Shown here: positions 18,891 through 32,900 of the stretch, piece by piece
How the letters are laid out: each line of letters starts with the position of its first letter
Numbering within the stretch: the stretch's first letter is position 1
DNA from: Octopus vulgaris
Taxonomy: Eukaryota
NCBI GenBank assembly: GCA_951406725.2
Contig: OX597817.1
Span: forward strand, 91,078,001 to 91,142,000
Direction: 5' to 3'
Length of the DNA: 64,000 nt
Translations under genes and position numbers: made by a program
The notes under the pieces: model-generated
Databases searched by the model: none
Seen by the model: only the letters and a program-made list of their open reading frames with translations
What the model was told of the DNA's origin: nothing

Positions 18891-19901
18891 TATTTAATTT
18901 AACTTCCATTGAGGAAAACCTAAAACTTTTAATAAAATGAATATGTGCTGCACCTGATATTGCTGGAACAACAGTAGAATGTACCCAAAATACTTTATAA
19001 AGTAGTTGGTAACTATATGGAAAAACCATGGAGTTGAGAGGTTTCTTTAATTTTACTGAGGACATGGCATTGCATCTAGTGCTGATGCTATAAACGAAAA
19101 GGTACTCAATATATCTGGTAAAGTGTTTGGCATTTAGAAAGGTGTTCTGCCATGTAAATCTTCACAAAAATAAGATTTACAAAAAAGATGAGGAGCCTAA
19201 CCCCTCTAGGAGGGTAGTAACTCTAAAAAGGAACTGACTCAGACTGTGACAACTCAAACCAACACATGCCAGCATGGAAAGCAGATATTAAAAGGATAAG
19301 TATGACAATGATTGTGATGATGATGACAATGATGACGATGACGACGACAATGACAATGATGATGATGATGATGACGACGACAGTGATGATTATTATGATG
19401 ATGATGATGACAATGATAGTAATAATGATGATGATGAGGAGGATAATTCAATCATGTTGACCTCAAAAAGTGAATAACGCTTGTGGGTTGTAAATTTGTT
19501 TAATCATATTTATAACATATTCAGATTTATTTTCATGAAATTCTCAGGAAACTAAAATGATTGAAATTGATTTGTGAATCTATGAACTTAGATATTCATA
19601 AATTAATGTGTGTGTGTGTGTATGTGTGTGTGTGAGTATGTGTGCATACACGTATGTTTGTGTGTCTGTGTGTGTGTGCTTGTATGTGTATGTATTTATA
19701 AAGTCCTATTCAAATATTAGGTTACTCAGAGTTTCAAAAGTACCAAATATCAGACATCAAACCCTTAGTGACAACAACTGGTGGTATCCTTGATCTGTGT
19801 TGCTGAGAGCAGTAACTTCTTTGAATTAATATATCATGATTATCATTGTCATCATCATTATCGTCATTGTTGTTCTCATCATCATCACCACCACCACCAC
19901 C

Positions 19902-19963
<62 letters not shown>

Positions 19964-20426
19964 TGTTGTCATTGTCAGCATCATCATCATCATCATCCTT
20001 TACCTACTCTGCTATGCTCTCATGGTTGAATAGGACTTTTGAGAAAGTCTTCCTAATGCCACCTTTTTAACATTACCCCTTCTGACTGTACAGAAAAGAG
20101 TGTGCCTGATCTAAAAACTGTCATACATGCATATAACACAAAAATACATACACAACCACTCTCATACACACATATATTGGTTTCAAATTTTAGGGAAGAA
20201 TATAAGTCGATTACATCGACACCCCAGTGCTCAACTGGTTCTTATTTTATTGACCCCAAAAGTATGAAAGGCAAAAGTGACCACGATGGCATTTGGACTT
20301 AGAATGTAAAGACAGATAAAATGCCACTAAGCATTTTTTCTGATATGTTAACAATTCTACCACTTTGCCACCTTACATACACTCACATACTAAAGATAAA
20401 ACTAAATATTTTGAAAAATACCATTG

Positions 20427-20590
20427 GTGTAGGTGTGGCTGTGTGGTAAGAAGCTTGCTTCCCAACCACATGGTTCTCAGTTCAGTCCCACTGCATGGCA
20501 CCATGGGTAAGTGTCTTCTACTATAGCTTCAATCTGACCAAAGCCTTGTGGACAGATTTAGCAGATGAAAACTGAAAGAAGCCCATCATA
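20427..20590 (+). mobile_element. SINE family A, 5' part
   Basis: Aligns to 473-635. Confidence 0.85.
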
Positions 20591-21639
20591 TATATATATA
20601 TATATATATATGTCAGTGGTGACTCCTTCACTCAGGCTGTTCGGGCTTAGGCCAAGTATAAATTTAGTACAGTGAATGTGTATTTGCAAGCTAATTTAAT
20701 TTCTGCCCACATTGACTTTAAGTATATAATTTCAGCCAATAACTTGGGTGCCTTTTATTGAGCATGGTCATGGTTCATTTATTTTCATTAAGCATCTGGC
20801 AGTAATCTTAGAGGTGCCTTGTGTCAAAAAATATTTGTTGTAGCAGACGTTCCCTTGGCATCGTTCACATACACCTGACTTGGGCTCAGAATTTACAGCT
20901 CTAGTTGTCTTCTATAATCGTAAAAATTAAAAGTAATTCAAATTCAATATTTCCTTGAAGCAATAAATTTCTGTAGAGATTAGGATTTAAATTCCAATCT
21001 ATGAAAAGTTTCCGTTCTACAATATTCTTACAGGAATGAAAAATTATCCAGCAACTGGGCTAGTACGAACTAGCCTGGTAGGTGTAAAAGACTAACTGGC
21101 ATCTCTTGTCAAGAGTACAGGTGACAGTCAGATCGCTGATGTTTGTTGTGCACTCCACTGTCGTTATTTAATTGCTGTTATTCTGAAGAGATGGAGGTGG
21201 CATGGAGGATTTCGTTGCCTCTTGGCAGAAACAGCTGCAAGGAACTGTCTTTTTGCTCTTTTCTGTAATATTAATACATGTGTGTGTAACGCATAGTTAC
21301 TACATGTAAAGCATAGTTACTACATATGTATGTTTTCTTCTAATACTTTCTAATGCTTTGGAATAAATAGATACACTGAAATGTCTACTGGATGATATAT
21401 GTCATTTTGTATCCTATCCATTTTCTTATTTGCCGTATAAATCAAGGGTAAACCACTTTTTACCCCCACCCATATATGACACAATTGTGAGATTGCCATG
21501 CAATAACTAGTATTTGGGTATGAATAATTGGGTACACTACCAGCAGTATATTGGATAGGCATTATCCCTTAGCTGGTTGGTTTCCCAACCTCTAACTCTC
21601 ACAGAAATATATATACATACACATACAAACACATACACA

Positions 21640-22050
21640 TAGTATGATCAATAAGTATCCGGACTGCTGCAATAGTAACAAAGATAAAGCACACAGATTG
21701 AAGCCACTTGGCATAGATTGACCTTGAATTCTGCTGTGCATGCATGCTGTTTTAACATTCTAGCTCACTTCCACTGTTTACAGCACTGTTTGGAAGAAAC
21801 GTGTATAGCATATGATTGTTTTACTGCTCAAATTTCTCTGTCATGACAGAGAAATTTGAGCTGAGAATCTGCATCAAAATTTGCTAAAAACTTGGTGATA
21901 CATGCTCAGTGGCCTATGCAACATTTTAAAAACGTTTTCATCGTTCTTGTCACAATCAAAGAGATCTTCTGCAACTATAACCCGAGTGTCGTTTTGGTCA
22001 GCTGAAAGCAGTTTTTGGCACAAACTTGGCTAAAATTGAATGACTTATTG
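21640..22050 (+). mobile_element. mariner-like 5' remnant
   Basis: TGATCAATAAGTATCCGGACTG TIR-like start; RICIKIC*KLG N-terminal motif. Confidence 0.55.
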
Positions 22051-22223
22051 AAAGATAAATAAATCGTTTTCTAAATTTTCTGCTTGTTTTGACAGATCTC
22101 CAGTTTTAAAAGTTGTGTTAATGTTAACATGTACAAAAGGCAGTAACACTCTTATACTGATTACACAATCATCACCTACTAAGGAAAGTTAGAGGTGTGT
22201 GTGTGTGTACCTACATACAAACA

Positions 22224-22403
<180 letters not shown>

Positions 22404-23756
22404 CAAGAAACATGAACATGGATGCATCTCTAGTGAAATTATATGTAGAATATGTAGGTTTCTCTTTTTGCATGCACCCTGAATTTTTGTCTTTATTCCA
22501 TCTGTGATTCTGTTTAAGCTATTCAAGTCCTGTAGAGTTTTCACAAACTTCTCGATCCGGTCAAAAACTAGAGATTTTGATGAAATGTACTTAGCCCTGT
22601 ATATAAAAGAAAAAAATCATAAAAGTTATTATACTTGTGTGAATTAGATGAAATTTATTGATGCAATATAATAATCAGGGCATACATTGTGAATGCATTT
22701 CTTTTTTCTCTACTTGTTGATTTTTATCAATTGTTATTTTCTTTGTACTTGCCAAGGGAGGTTAAAGACATAAACTGATTACATGCAAGTGTTTTCATGT
22801 ATATTTACAAGATATTGATTTGTGGGCATCCAAATCTTAAACCCCTCTCCACTTTGAAGAAAAAATGCCTAGAGAAATTTACTTAACAAAATACACGTAT
22901 GATGCAGACAGGAAGTCTTTTCACAGAAATTCCTTTCTAAAATAAGGTTAAACTTTGCTTCTTGTACAAAAGAGTACTTAGTTCCAGTTTTGACTCTTGT
23001 GTATCACTCTTTGAATTGCTGTTTTATGCAATTCATAATTTGGTGATAGCTGTAGATATCCAGCTTTTTTTATATTTCACTTTATGGTGTTCTTAAATTA
23101 TTGGCAAAATCAACCTGGCTATTTTTTGTCTTTGAGGTAGTTGTGAACACATGGTTAACTTAGGTGGGTTTTCAGAGAATATTCCAGTGACATGCTTTCT
23201 TCAATTTAGCTCTCTTATTGAGGAGGGGAGCCTCCATACCAGACAACCCTACTCCAGCTTATATAATTATCCCACTCTTAGGAACAATGACCCGCAGGAA
23301 ATTTTCATGATTTTATGCAGGTGTCTTATCCAGGCAATATTTTATGTCTATAGTTAAAATTTGGTCATTTTATCAGAGGTAGGTGGATAGAAATCAAGGC
23401 CTGTATAGAATGGATTTGGATTAGGATCTTAGAGAGGTGGAATAAAATAGTGAAAGATATACAGATTAGATATTTTAGAGAATAAATGACTTACAGACAC
23501 TACCACAAGAAAAACAATACTTAAGTTAGTGTTAACATATTTAATGTAAGAGATTTAGAATGTTAATCAGAAATAATTATGCGGTAAAGAATATGCAACA
23601 TTAATTAATGACTTATATTATTTAATTATTCAAGGGAAATAAGGGAAACAACATTTAATGTTAGACCTCAATGAATTAAACTTCACCATATTTGTTGAAG
23701 TAATGATGAAAGATTCATTAAACATATGTTCAGTATTATACATAAGTTTATAATTT

Positions 23757-25480
23757 ACTGAGCTGGTAGGAACATTAGCCCACTGGGCAAAATGCTTAGC
23801 AACACTTCGTTCGTTTTTAAGTTTTGCCTTCAAACTCTGCTGTGGTCGACTGTGTCTTTTATCCTTTTGGGGCCAATAAAGTAAGTAATCAACTTAACCC
23901 CTCCCTTGGAATTGCTAGCCTTGTGCCAAAATTTGAAACCATTATTATCCATAGGTTAGTGAAGAAAATAAGAATATATTAAAGAAAGTGTTACTCTGAG
24001 ATACCCTCTGAATGAAAAACAAAAGTTAAAGTTAAGAAAGGTGGTAAGCTGGCAAGATCATAAGAGCATTGGCAAAGAATGCCTTCTGGTATTTCTTGTA
24101 GTTTTTTGCATTCTGATATCAAATCCTGCCAAATCTCAGGTTGATATAATAAAGTAGCAGTCAAGTACTAGGATTGATGTAATCAGGTAACTCCTCCTTG
24201 CAAACTGTTGGCCTAAATCAGAAACAATTATTAGCTCTTTATCAATTTTGCTATGTGACTGTTTTTGAAAAAAGTTTTCTAATCGGAACTAATGTGTATT
24301 GTTCTGAGTTCAAATCCCCTCACAGTCAACTTTGCTTTTTATCCTTCCAAGGCTTGATAGAATAAATTACCAGTCATTGTCATTAACTGGTGTCGTTGGG
24401 ATTGACTGAATCTTCCCTCAAATATTTGGCTTCATACTAATGTTATGATCATCAACATTTAGTAGGAGCTAAGGTGCCGAGCTGGCAAAATGCATAGCAG
24501 CATTTCATTTGTCTTTACATTTTGAGTTCAAATTCCACTGAGGCCAACTTTACCTTTCATCCCATTTGGGGTCAATAAAATAAGTGCCAGTCGAGTACTG
24601 GGATCAATGTAATCGGCTTATCTCCACCCCTTCGAAGTTGCTGGTCTTATGCCAAAATTTGAAACCAATATTTAGTAGAAACTAGAGCAACAAGCTGGTA
24701 GAATCATTAGAACATTGGAAAAATATCCCTTACAGGATTTCTTCTTGCTCTTTATACTCCAATTCAAATACAGTCAAGGTCAACTTTGCCTTTTAACCAT
24801 TTGTGATTGATAAAATAAAATACCAGTCATGTACTAGGCTACGCCCCTCTCCTCAAATCTACTGCTTTGTACCTAAATTGTAAATGATTATTAAAAGAAA
24901 CAATTAAGCATAACGTAGATTCCTTTAAATTCTTGCAAAATGTTTCATTCATAAATGTTCTGAGTTCAATTCCTGTTTAACCCTTTAGCATTTAAACTGG
25001 CCACATCTGGCTCAGATATTCTACCTGTTTTATGTTCAAATCAGCCAGATCCAGCTTCTCACACCTAACCTGCATATCGTTCTAAAAGTAAGCAATCACA
25101 TCATCAAAATTTCAAAGCTATGAGATAATGCATGATTAATTAAGAACAGTGTGATTGAATAAGCATCACAGTTGATAGATTAATCTGAATACTAAAGACA
25201 TTTTCAATTTCATCCTTTTGGGAAATTATGAAATAAGTGTGGTTCCATATTGGGTTAATTCCTGCAACTCTACCTGGCACCAAAATATATGTTTCGGTAC
25301 AGCAGTTAGATATTCTTATATCAATGAAGAACAGTGAATGGCAAAACCAAAATACCTGCTGCTATTCAGTTTTAAGTTCAAGTCCACTTGTGTCAGCTTT
25401 ACGTTTCATTTTCCTGGGGGTCAATGAAATATGTATAACTCATGTACTGAGAACACTATAATCAACTTTAACCCAGTTAC
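23757..25480 (+). mobile_element. Cluster of ~7 co-oriented degenerate SINE family B copies
   Basis: Repeated GCTGGCA...TGAGTTCAAAT...GTCAACTTTGCCTTTCATCC...AAGTACCAGT...GCCAAAATTTGAAAC. Confidence 0.8.
24981..25197. mobile_element. piggyBac-like MITE nested in a SINE
   Basis: TTAA|CCCTTTAGCATT start; degenerate AATACTAAAG end. Confidence 0.55.
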
Positions 25481-25500
25481 AAATGTATGATCCTCTAGGG

Positions 25501-25731
25501 CAGTGGTTCTCAACAGGGGTCGACATGGCCCTTGAAGGTCCATATAAATGTACAATAAGTTGCTTATACTTCAACAATAGATAAAATATTTTAACATTTT
25601 TATACTATTTCTTATATCTAATTACAAAAATATGATTGGATTTTTTAAATATCAAATGGCTATGGGGGTCTGCTTGAATAAAATAGGAATCAAAGGGGTC
25701 CATAGATAAGAAAATGGTTTGAGAACCAGTG
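25501..25731. mobile_element. hAT (Charlie-type) MITE
   Basis: TIRs CAGTGGTTCTCAA / TTGAGAACCAGTG; exact 8-bp TSD CTCTAGGG at 25493-25500 and 25732-25739. Confidence 0.93.
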
Positions 25732-26507
25732 CTCTAGGGCCTAAGACAAAAGCAGCTTTATTGTCTGCAATTAGTGATGACAGACATCTTCTTTAGGCTG
25801 AAAAACAAAGCAGCTAAAAGGACAACCTTGTTTATCAGGGTGATACTGGATTTGTGGTAAGGACTTCCTAAATTGGCCTCTAAGTGGTGATGCCCAGGTT
25901 GGGATGTTAATTCTCTTTTATTAAACTGTTATTTTTAGAAAAGTTCTTTTTTGTTTTCTTAATCAATTCTATGTACTGCTCCCACTCATGGTTTTAGCAA
26001 TTTTGTCTCATAATGTCCCTTTTATCCTTTGCCTTTATAGTAAATAATGAAATGATTATAATCGTTTTATTGTTCTGTGGCTGTATGGGATCAGTATATG
26101 TTCAGCTTAATTATGTTTCCTATGGAACAACTTATGGTCTGAGAAGAGGAGGAATTTATATCTTCATTTCAGTTCTCACTTTGTCATGAGGATTTTCTGA
26201 ATAAATCTTGCTGAACTGAGTAAACAGGTTTTCTGCACTACATCCAAGATTTATTCTCAAACACTTTGTCACAGTTTCCATAGTCCCAATATAATTAGCA
26301 GGGTCATAACATCATTAACTACTTTATTCTGGTATCAGATCAAATTGTTACAGTGGCATTTTGTTTGTATTTACACTGAGTTCAAATATTACCGAAGTCA
26401 ACTTTGCCTTCCATCCTTTCAAGGTCAAGAAATAAGTACCAGTTGAGTACTAGGGTCTATGTAATCAACTTACCCCATTCCTTGTAATTGCTGGCCTTGT
26501 GTCAAAA

Positions 26508-26509
<2 letters not shown>

Positions 26510-26552
<43 letters not shown>

Positions 26553-26617
26553 CATCATTATTATTAATATTATTATCATCATCATCATCATCATCCTTAT
26601 TATTATTATTATTATTA

Positions 26618-26655
<38 letters not shown>

Positions 26656-26665
26656 TTTATTAGTG

Positions 26666-26703
<38 letters not shown>

Positions 26704-26723
26704 GTTATTATTATTATTATTAC

Positions 26724-26771
<48 letters not shown>

Positions 26772-28135
26772 GTGAGTGCATGCTAATTTAGTTAGCAGGT
26801 ATTTTATCTTGATGTTTAGTGACAACAAGCCTCCTCGAATCTCAAGAATCTTTCTTGGGTTTCTTGCAGAATATAGGACGATACTTTTTTGCAGGTTAAC
26901 AATGCAAGTTTCAATTCCAACAATATCTTTCAGTCTTTTAGGTTGCATTTTGGGTGTTGTGCCAAGTGCACCTATTACTACAGGAATAATTGTTGTCTTG
27001 GTCTTCCACAGTCTCCTGAGCACTCTGGTTAGATCCTGATATTTCTCATTGTTTACCATTTCACTGGTATTGACTCTGCTATCATAGGGAATTTCAGAAT
27101 CTATGATCTTGCACTGTTTGTTTATTTTATCCTCTATAATTATGGCTGGTCTTCTTCCTTCTATAGTATGGTCAGTTTTTATGGTGAAATCCCACAAAAT
27201 CTTGTAAATCTCATTTTCTATAACAACCTGTCAATTACATTCATTCCACTTTTCGGATCTTTTCCTTTTGAACGGCAATTTTCAACACAATTTCTAGTTA
27301 ACTAAACACTTTTAAACTTTGTATACTCGTAGAATGTGTCAAAACAAAACATTTTTTTCTCTTGGCTTTCTTGAGAAAATTGTAATTTGTAAGTTTAATT
27401 TTTCAAATTTTAACCAATCAATTGCCTCTATTGAGCTAAAAATCACTTGCTGCGTCTAAAACTGAGACAACATCCTGTCACTGTTATGTTTACGTACGGA
27501 AAGTGTGTGTATAAAATTATAGAATTATTTTGTTTGTTAATTGTTTAAATTATTTTCCATTGCTTTCGTTTTAGCCTTTGGGATTTTTTTTCTTAAGCAA
27601 TGGAAAATAGTTTAAACAATAAACGTGTATCTCAAAACAAAAATTCAAAACAAAAGCAAAGCAAATAATTTTAGACACACGCATAGCAATTAAGAAAAAA
27701 AAACCAAAAGGCTAAAATTTAGGGTTAGGGTTTGTGACAGGATGTTGTCTCAGTTTTAGATGCAGCAAATGATTTTAGCTCAATAGAGGCAATTGATTGG
27801 TTAAAATTTGAAAAATTAAACTATGTTAAACTTACAAATTACAATTTTCTCAAGAAAGCCAAGAGAAAAAAATGTTTTATTTTGACACATTCTACCAGTA
27901 TACGAAGTTTAAAAGTGTTTAGTTAACTAGAAATTGTGTTGAAAACTGTCACCATATACTTGACTAGCATCCCAATGTACCCTTTTGCCTACACAGTCAT
28001 GTCTACACTTTTATTCCTTTTGTGCCAGTATACTGCACTCATTCAAAATGTGATTGATACTTTCATTTCTTTTCTTACAGATTCTACATTTGCTGTCTGA
28101 CTGGTCCTCATAGCACATTTCTAGTATTCACATTT
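26510..28135 (-). mobile_element. R4/Dong-type LINE 3' fragment (CCHC + restriction-like endonuclease) ending in (TAA)n, split by a fold-back element
   Basis: CRICKK..ESINHILNEC..RHDCVGKRVHW; ILWDFTIKTDHTIEGRRP..EKYQDL..IPVVIGALG. Confidence 0.88.
27273..27951. mobile_element. Fold-back/MITE-like element with ~205-bp TIRs and an internal TTAGGG repeat
   Basis: 27273-27481 inverted versus 27734-27951; TTAGGGTTAGGGTT at ~27719-27732. Confidence 0.85.
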
Positions 28136-28664
28136 TTTATTACCTTTCCCAGCCAAACGTACCTGTAACTACAGTTAAGGAGGGTCAGGTAAAAAAAGAA
28201 AATAAAAAATAATATTTATTTATCCTTATACTTTATTACCAAAATAAGACAAATGAAAGTGAGAAGCATCAATCATCTCTGAGAACCTGTTGCTAAGATC
28301 CAATTAGCAATTAATTAAGAAAAAATATATTACGGCTGCTATAGTTAGGTCTTTTAGTGCAATATTTATAATACATCATGGTTTGGAGTTCCCTCCCACC
28401 ACACCTTTATTTATGATTCATCACAGAGTAAAGTTTTTTTTCTCTTCTCTATTCAATATAGCAAAATAAAAAATAAATATATATATATATATATAGCATA
28501 CCAAACTAAACTAAATAATGGCCAGGAATAAATCTAACAAAAACTTCTCTTCTATATTTCTTTAAATATCTTCATTTTATTATATTTATGTTTTTTTGTT
28601 TGTTGTCTTTTTCTTTAGAATAATGAAAAGTTTTAGAAAAACAAATAAGAAATAGAAATTACAT

Positions 28665-28985
28665 GAAAGGAGAGTAAGTAGAAAAGAAGTGAAGAGAAGA
28701 GGGTGTGAGAGAGAGAAGAAAAAGAGAAAAGGGAGGGAAGGAAGAGAAGAGAGGGGAAGAAGAGCAGAGGAGAAGAAGAGGGGAAGGAAAGAGAGAAGGG
28801 AGTGAAGAGGGAGAGAAAAGAGAGAATGGAAACAAGGAGAGACACACAGAGAAAGAAAAGGGGATAAAAAGAAACAGAGGAAAGAAGGGAGGAGGAAAAG
28901 AAAGAAGCATGAATGAGTGAAAAAAGGAAGAAGAGGAAATATCGAGAAGGAAAAGAAAAAAATTAAAAACTAAAGAGAAAAAAGT
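28665..28985. repeat. Purine-rich (GA) low-complexity tract
   Basis: Seen directly. Confidence 0.85.
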
Positions 28986-29385
28986 CTTCCCAGAAAATTC
29001 TATTAAAAAATAAAACTAAATAATTTAATAAATATAAATTGAAACAGAAAGAGAAAGCTAAGACAAAACAAGAACTTGGTATGTATTTCAGGTGAACAAA
29101 TTGAAATCACTGAACAGTTCTAAATTGACAATAAGACATTGTTCTGGATGTTAATTTCCTTATTAGGAATTCTAGCATAGCAGACTATTGAACAGAGTAT
29201 ATAATGACATTTGAGTAACTGCTGTTAGTCTTAACAAGTAGACCTTTAACGATTTCATACTGGCTGATTTTAATTTACAAAATTCACAATGGTGAAATTG
29301 CGTGTGCAATTAACCTTGAGTGTTGTTGTTGTACCAGAGAGGCAATCTCAGGAATTTCTTTCTGTTTCTTTCTTAGATTGGAATT

Positions 29386-29417
<32 letters not shown>

Positions 29418-29989
29418 CAGTTTTGGACTTGTAGTTAAGAATGGCTAAGTAGAAAGATAGAGATTCTGATGTTACATGTTAGATGTTTTGAGGTACACAG
29501 TTATATAAATGTGTGTATGTGTGTGTGTATCCCAGTTTCATCCTTCACACTCTGGAAAATATTATATATTTGGGGCATCCTGAGGGATGACCTAGATAGA
29601 GATAGATATAGTAAGCACAGATATGGCTGTGTGGTTAGGAAGCTTGCTTCCTCACCACATGGTTTTGGGTTCAGTCCCACTGCATAGCACCTTCAGCAAG
29701 TGTCTTCTGCTGTAGCCTCAGGAAAGAATGCTTGTGTCATATAGCCAAAGAAAGGGAAGAACGCTTGTGTCACATAGCCAACTGGAAACGATGTTTCCTG
29801 GGGCTAAATAGCAGTAGCATTCTTCCCTTTCCTGAGACTGACATATTAAGTTGGCAACATACCATCATGTTATCGTGCTGCTACTGTATAGGTCTCTCTG
29901 AGAGATTTAGAAATGCAATATTTCTAATTTTGTAGATCAGTGAATTTATTTCACTTGAAATTCTATAAGTTTTCAAAGGCAAAAAAAAG

Positions 29990-32900
29990 CATTGACAGCT
30001 ACCAAGCCATGCCTTTTTCTTCTGTGACATGTCGTTAGTTTCATTTTGCTACCCTGCGTTATGTGAGTTCGTTTCTGTCTGTTTCTTGTACATTTGTGTA
30101 ATCTGTGAAATACCTTACCTGAATTTGAACTGTTGTCTTTCGGCAAACAGTAATTTTTGCCCTATGGGGCAGAAAATTTCTGTTAATTTTTATTCAAAAT
30201 ATTTTTGTGAACTGTTTAGTTTTTACCGTTTATGGGTTATTTTTTCTGAAAATTTTTCTTTTCATTCGTGACAAGTTTTGATATGGAATTCGACCTTTTG
30301 TCAAAAAAGGACTTTCCCGAGATGGGAAAAGGAAATACAACTGTGAACCAGCAGGATATCAAAGAGAAACAGAGTTTTTCAGCTGTGGTGGGTGGCAATG
30401 TTACAGAACTTGAAGTAACAATGGACCAGCTATTCAAGTTTAGAAATCTAATTTAAAAAATGGAGCAGAGACCAAGTTGTTGCTGTCCCCTGAGACAGTA
30501 CAAGCCATTAATGTGAAAACAGTTGTGTACAAAGTCTACAACATCAAAGAAAAGTGTATAATGGATGTAAAAACTGAAGCAGTAGAAAAATGTATGGCAC
30601 CTATCTTGAATAAAGTATGCTACGTTAGCCGAGGAGAAAGAAGCGCCAAAATTGAGGCAGATTTCAAGTCGGCTAGTATAGCCAAGTAGGTGTCTACACA
30701 AACGTTGAAGAACGAAGAGATAATGCTGCTACCCATTACTTGCATTGCAGGTCCACAAAAGTGACAGTGGAAGAGATCCCAGTAGGGTATGAGGTAATGT
30801 GGGTAGCAGCTGCAGTACTGTACAGTGTGGAGGAAGAAATTTCAATCCTACATATGAGGAAAAAAGAAGCCATAAACTGGCGAGGACAATCCTTAGAAAT
30901 GGTCATTCAAATGACCAATGTGACCCTTGAAAATTTGCCCGATAATGTGTTTGTAAGGGAAGGGCATACAATTTGTGTGTTGGTAGAGGGACGTAGGCCC
31001 AGATGCTTTAAGTGTGGGCAGAATGGCCACATTCACTCTACTTGTACCAAGAAAAAAGAAAACGTAACCCCTCCCCATAACACGGAGGAGGTGTGGAAAG
31101 ACAATTGGTTACAGGAATATTTGCAAAACCAAGAAATGAAGGATGTAACACAGGATATGGTGGAGGGTAAAGTGATTATTAGCCCGGCAGCCACACCAAT
31201 TCAGAGCCCAGTGGCAGCGCCGGTGAAAAGCCCAGTGGCTACGTCTACCAAGGAGAGAGAGGGGGAAGTAGGCAGACATAAACTGCCATGCTCCCTATCA
31301 AAAACGTGGGTAGGTCCTTTTTACTTCATTGATGATTAAGTTAGGTTGTGTGTTTCCTGGACAACCTCAAAACACATGGAGTAGATGTAGCTATTGCAAC
31401 TGAGTCCAAGATGAGTGGACCTCAAGCATTCTGGCCTCTTCTGAATGGTTACGAGAGATTTATTTCTCCTAGCCGAGGAAGAGGAGGCGATGTAGCAGTC
31501 TTTATCAGGAAGAGCTTGGACTTACAGGTAAGTACTGTCTTTCTGGACCCAGAAGGCAGGCTGGTTGTCCTAGATGTGACACATGTAAGTAAGCAGTCTT
31601 TCAGGTTGGTGGCTGTCTATGCTCCAATAAAGTGTAGACAGGCTAGTTTTTTTCGGGACCTGGAGCAATTTCTAGTGACATCTAAAACGGCAGTTCTAGT
31701 AGGTGACTTTAACACTATCCTTGATGCATAGGAAAATAGTGTTGGCTCAACTGATTGGAAGGGGAATCCTGGCCTCAAGGGTCTACTAGAGAGCTTTAAT
31801 CTAGTAGACTGTTACCGACTGGATGAGCCGAGCATTCAACAGTGGACATGGAGTAACAACAACGGCTCACGCAGATTGTACTTAGATAAGGTATTTGTTA
31901 GGAAAAGAGATAGGAATACTTTTGGTTGATCACAGTTTTGTATTGTGCCTTACATGAATCACAAATTTGTGATGTGTGAGGTACATTTAGATAAATGTCA
32001 TAGACAGGGTCCTGGGAACTGGGAGATGAGCAAGTCTATTTTGACTTGTGAAGCCTTTCATACCCGGATTAAGGAGTTAGTACAGAGGGCGTTATGTGGC
32101 ACCATCATTAATAATAAATGGTGGCCCGCCCTCAAAAGAGCAATCCATTTAGAGTCCATTAGATTTAGCAATCAGCTAAGTTTAGATAGGACTAGAACAG
32201 AGGGTGATTTAGTTAAGAACCTAGATGAGGCTGTGGAATTTGGCTCTGCATCTTGAGTGCTGGTGGCGAGTACCGTCACCTCAATTCCAAGCACAAAGGT
32301 TGCAGAGTTAGAGCTAAGCTGCATGCAAGGAAACAAGAAGGTATTAATGTTGCTGGATGGGCACATCATGTAGAGAGTCATAGAGGTAAAAATGCCTCTA
32401 TAAAATCTTTAACTGACGAACAGGGGTGCAAGATCTATGGACAGGAGGAGATGCAGAAAGTCATTCACCAGCATTTCGTCCGTTTCTTCGGAGGGGGTCG
32501 GTTCATATGAGCGAGGGGAGGCCTTAAAGGACTTCCTAGCTGGCGGGCTGTGACTCTCAGCATGTGAAGGGGAGTGCTGGGAAGGACTGATCACTCCTGT
32601 GGAGGTAAAAGAGGTGTTGGCCAAGTGCACTGGGGAAAAGTCACTGGGGCTGGATGGTCTGCCCTATGAGTTTTATCGTTGTATGCCAGACTTGTTTGGG
32701 GATACATTGGCAGGTGCCTATACAAACTGGCATCATAATGGGAGGACTCCCAGTTCTGTGAGCCGGGGAGTGGTGACACTGGTCCAGAAAAACCCGAGCA
32801 AGGGAGATAGTGTTAACAATTACAGGCCCATAACTCTTCTTAATGTAGAGTTAAAGATTTTGGCCAAGGTGTTAGTGAAAAGGTTGACAGCTGTCATGGA

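Noticed and set aside
20612-21290. CAGTGG-starting possible hAT remnant
   Set aside because: No matching TIR, TSD or readable transposase motif
25797-25856. 60-nt AG/GT-bounded candidate exon; HPDK word on the minus strand
   Set aside because: No homology recognised; expected by chance
27719-27732. Telomere or interstitial telomere
   Set aside because: Only two TTAGGG units, internal to a fold-back element
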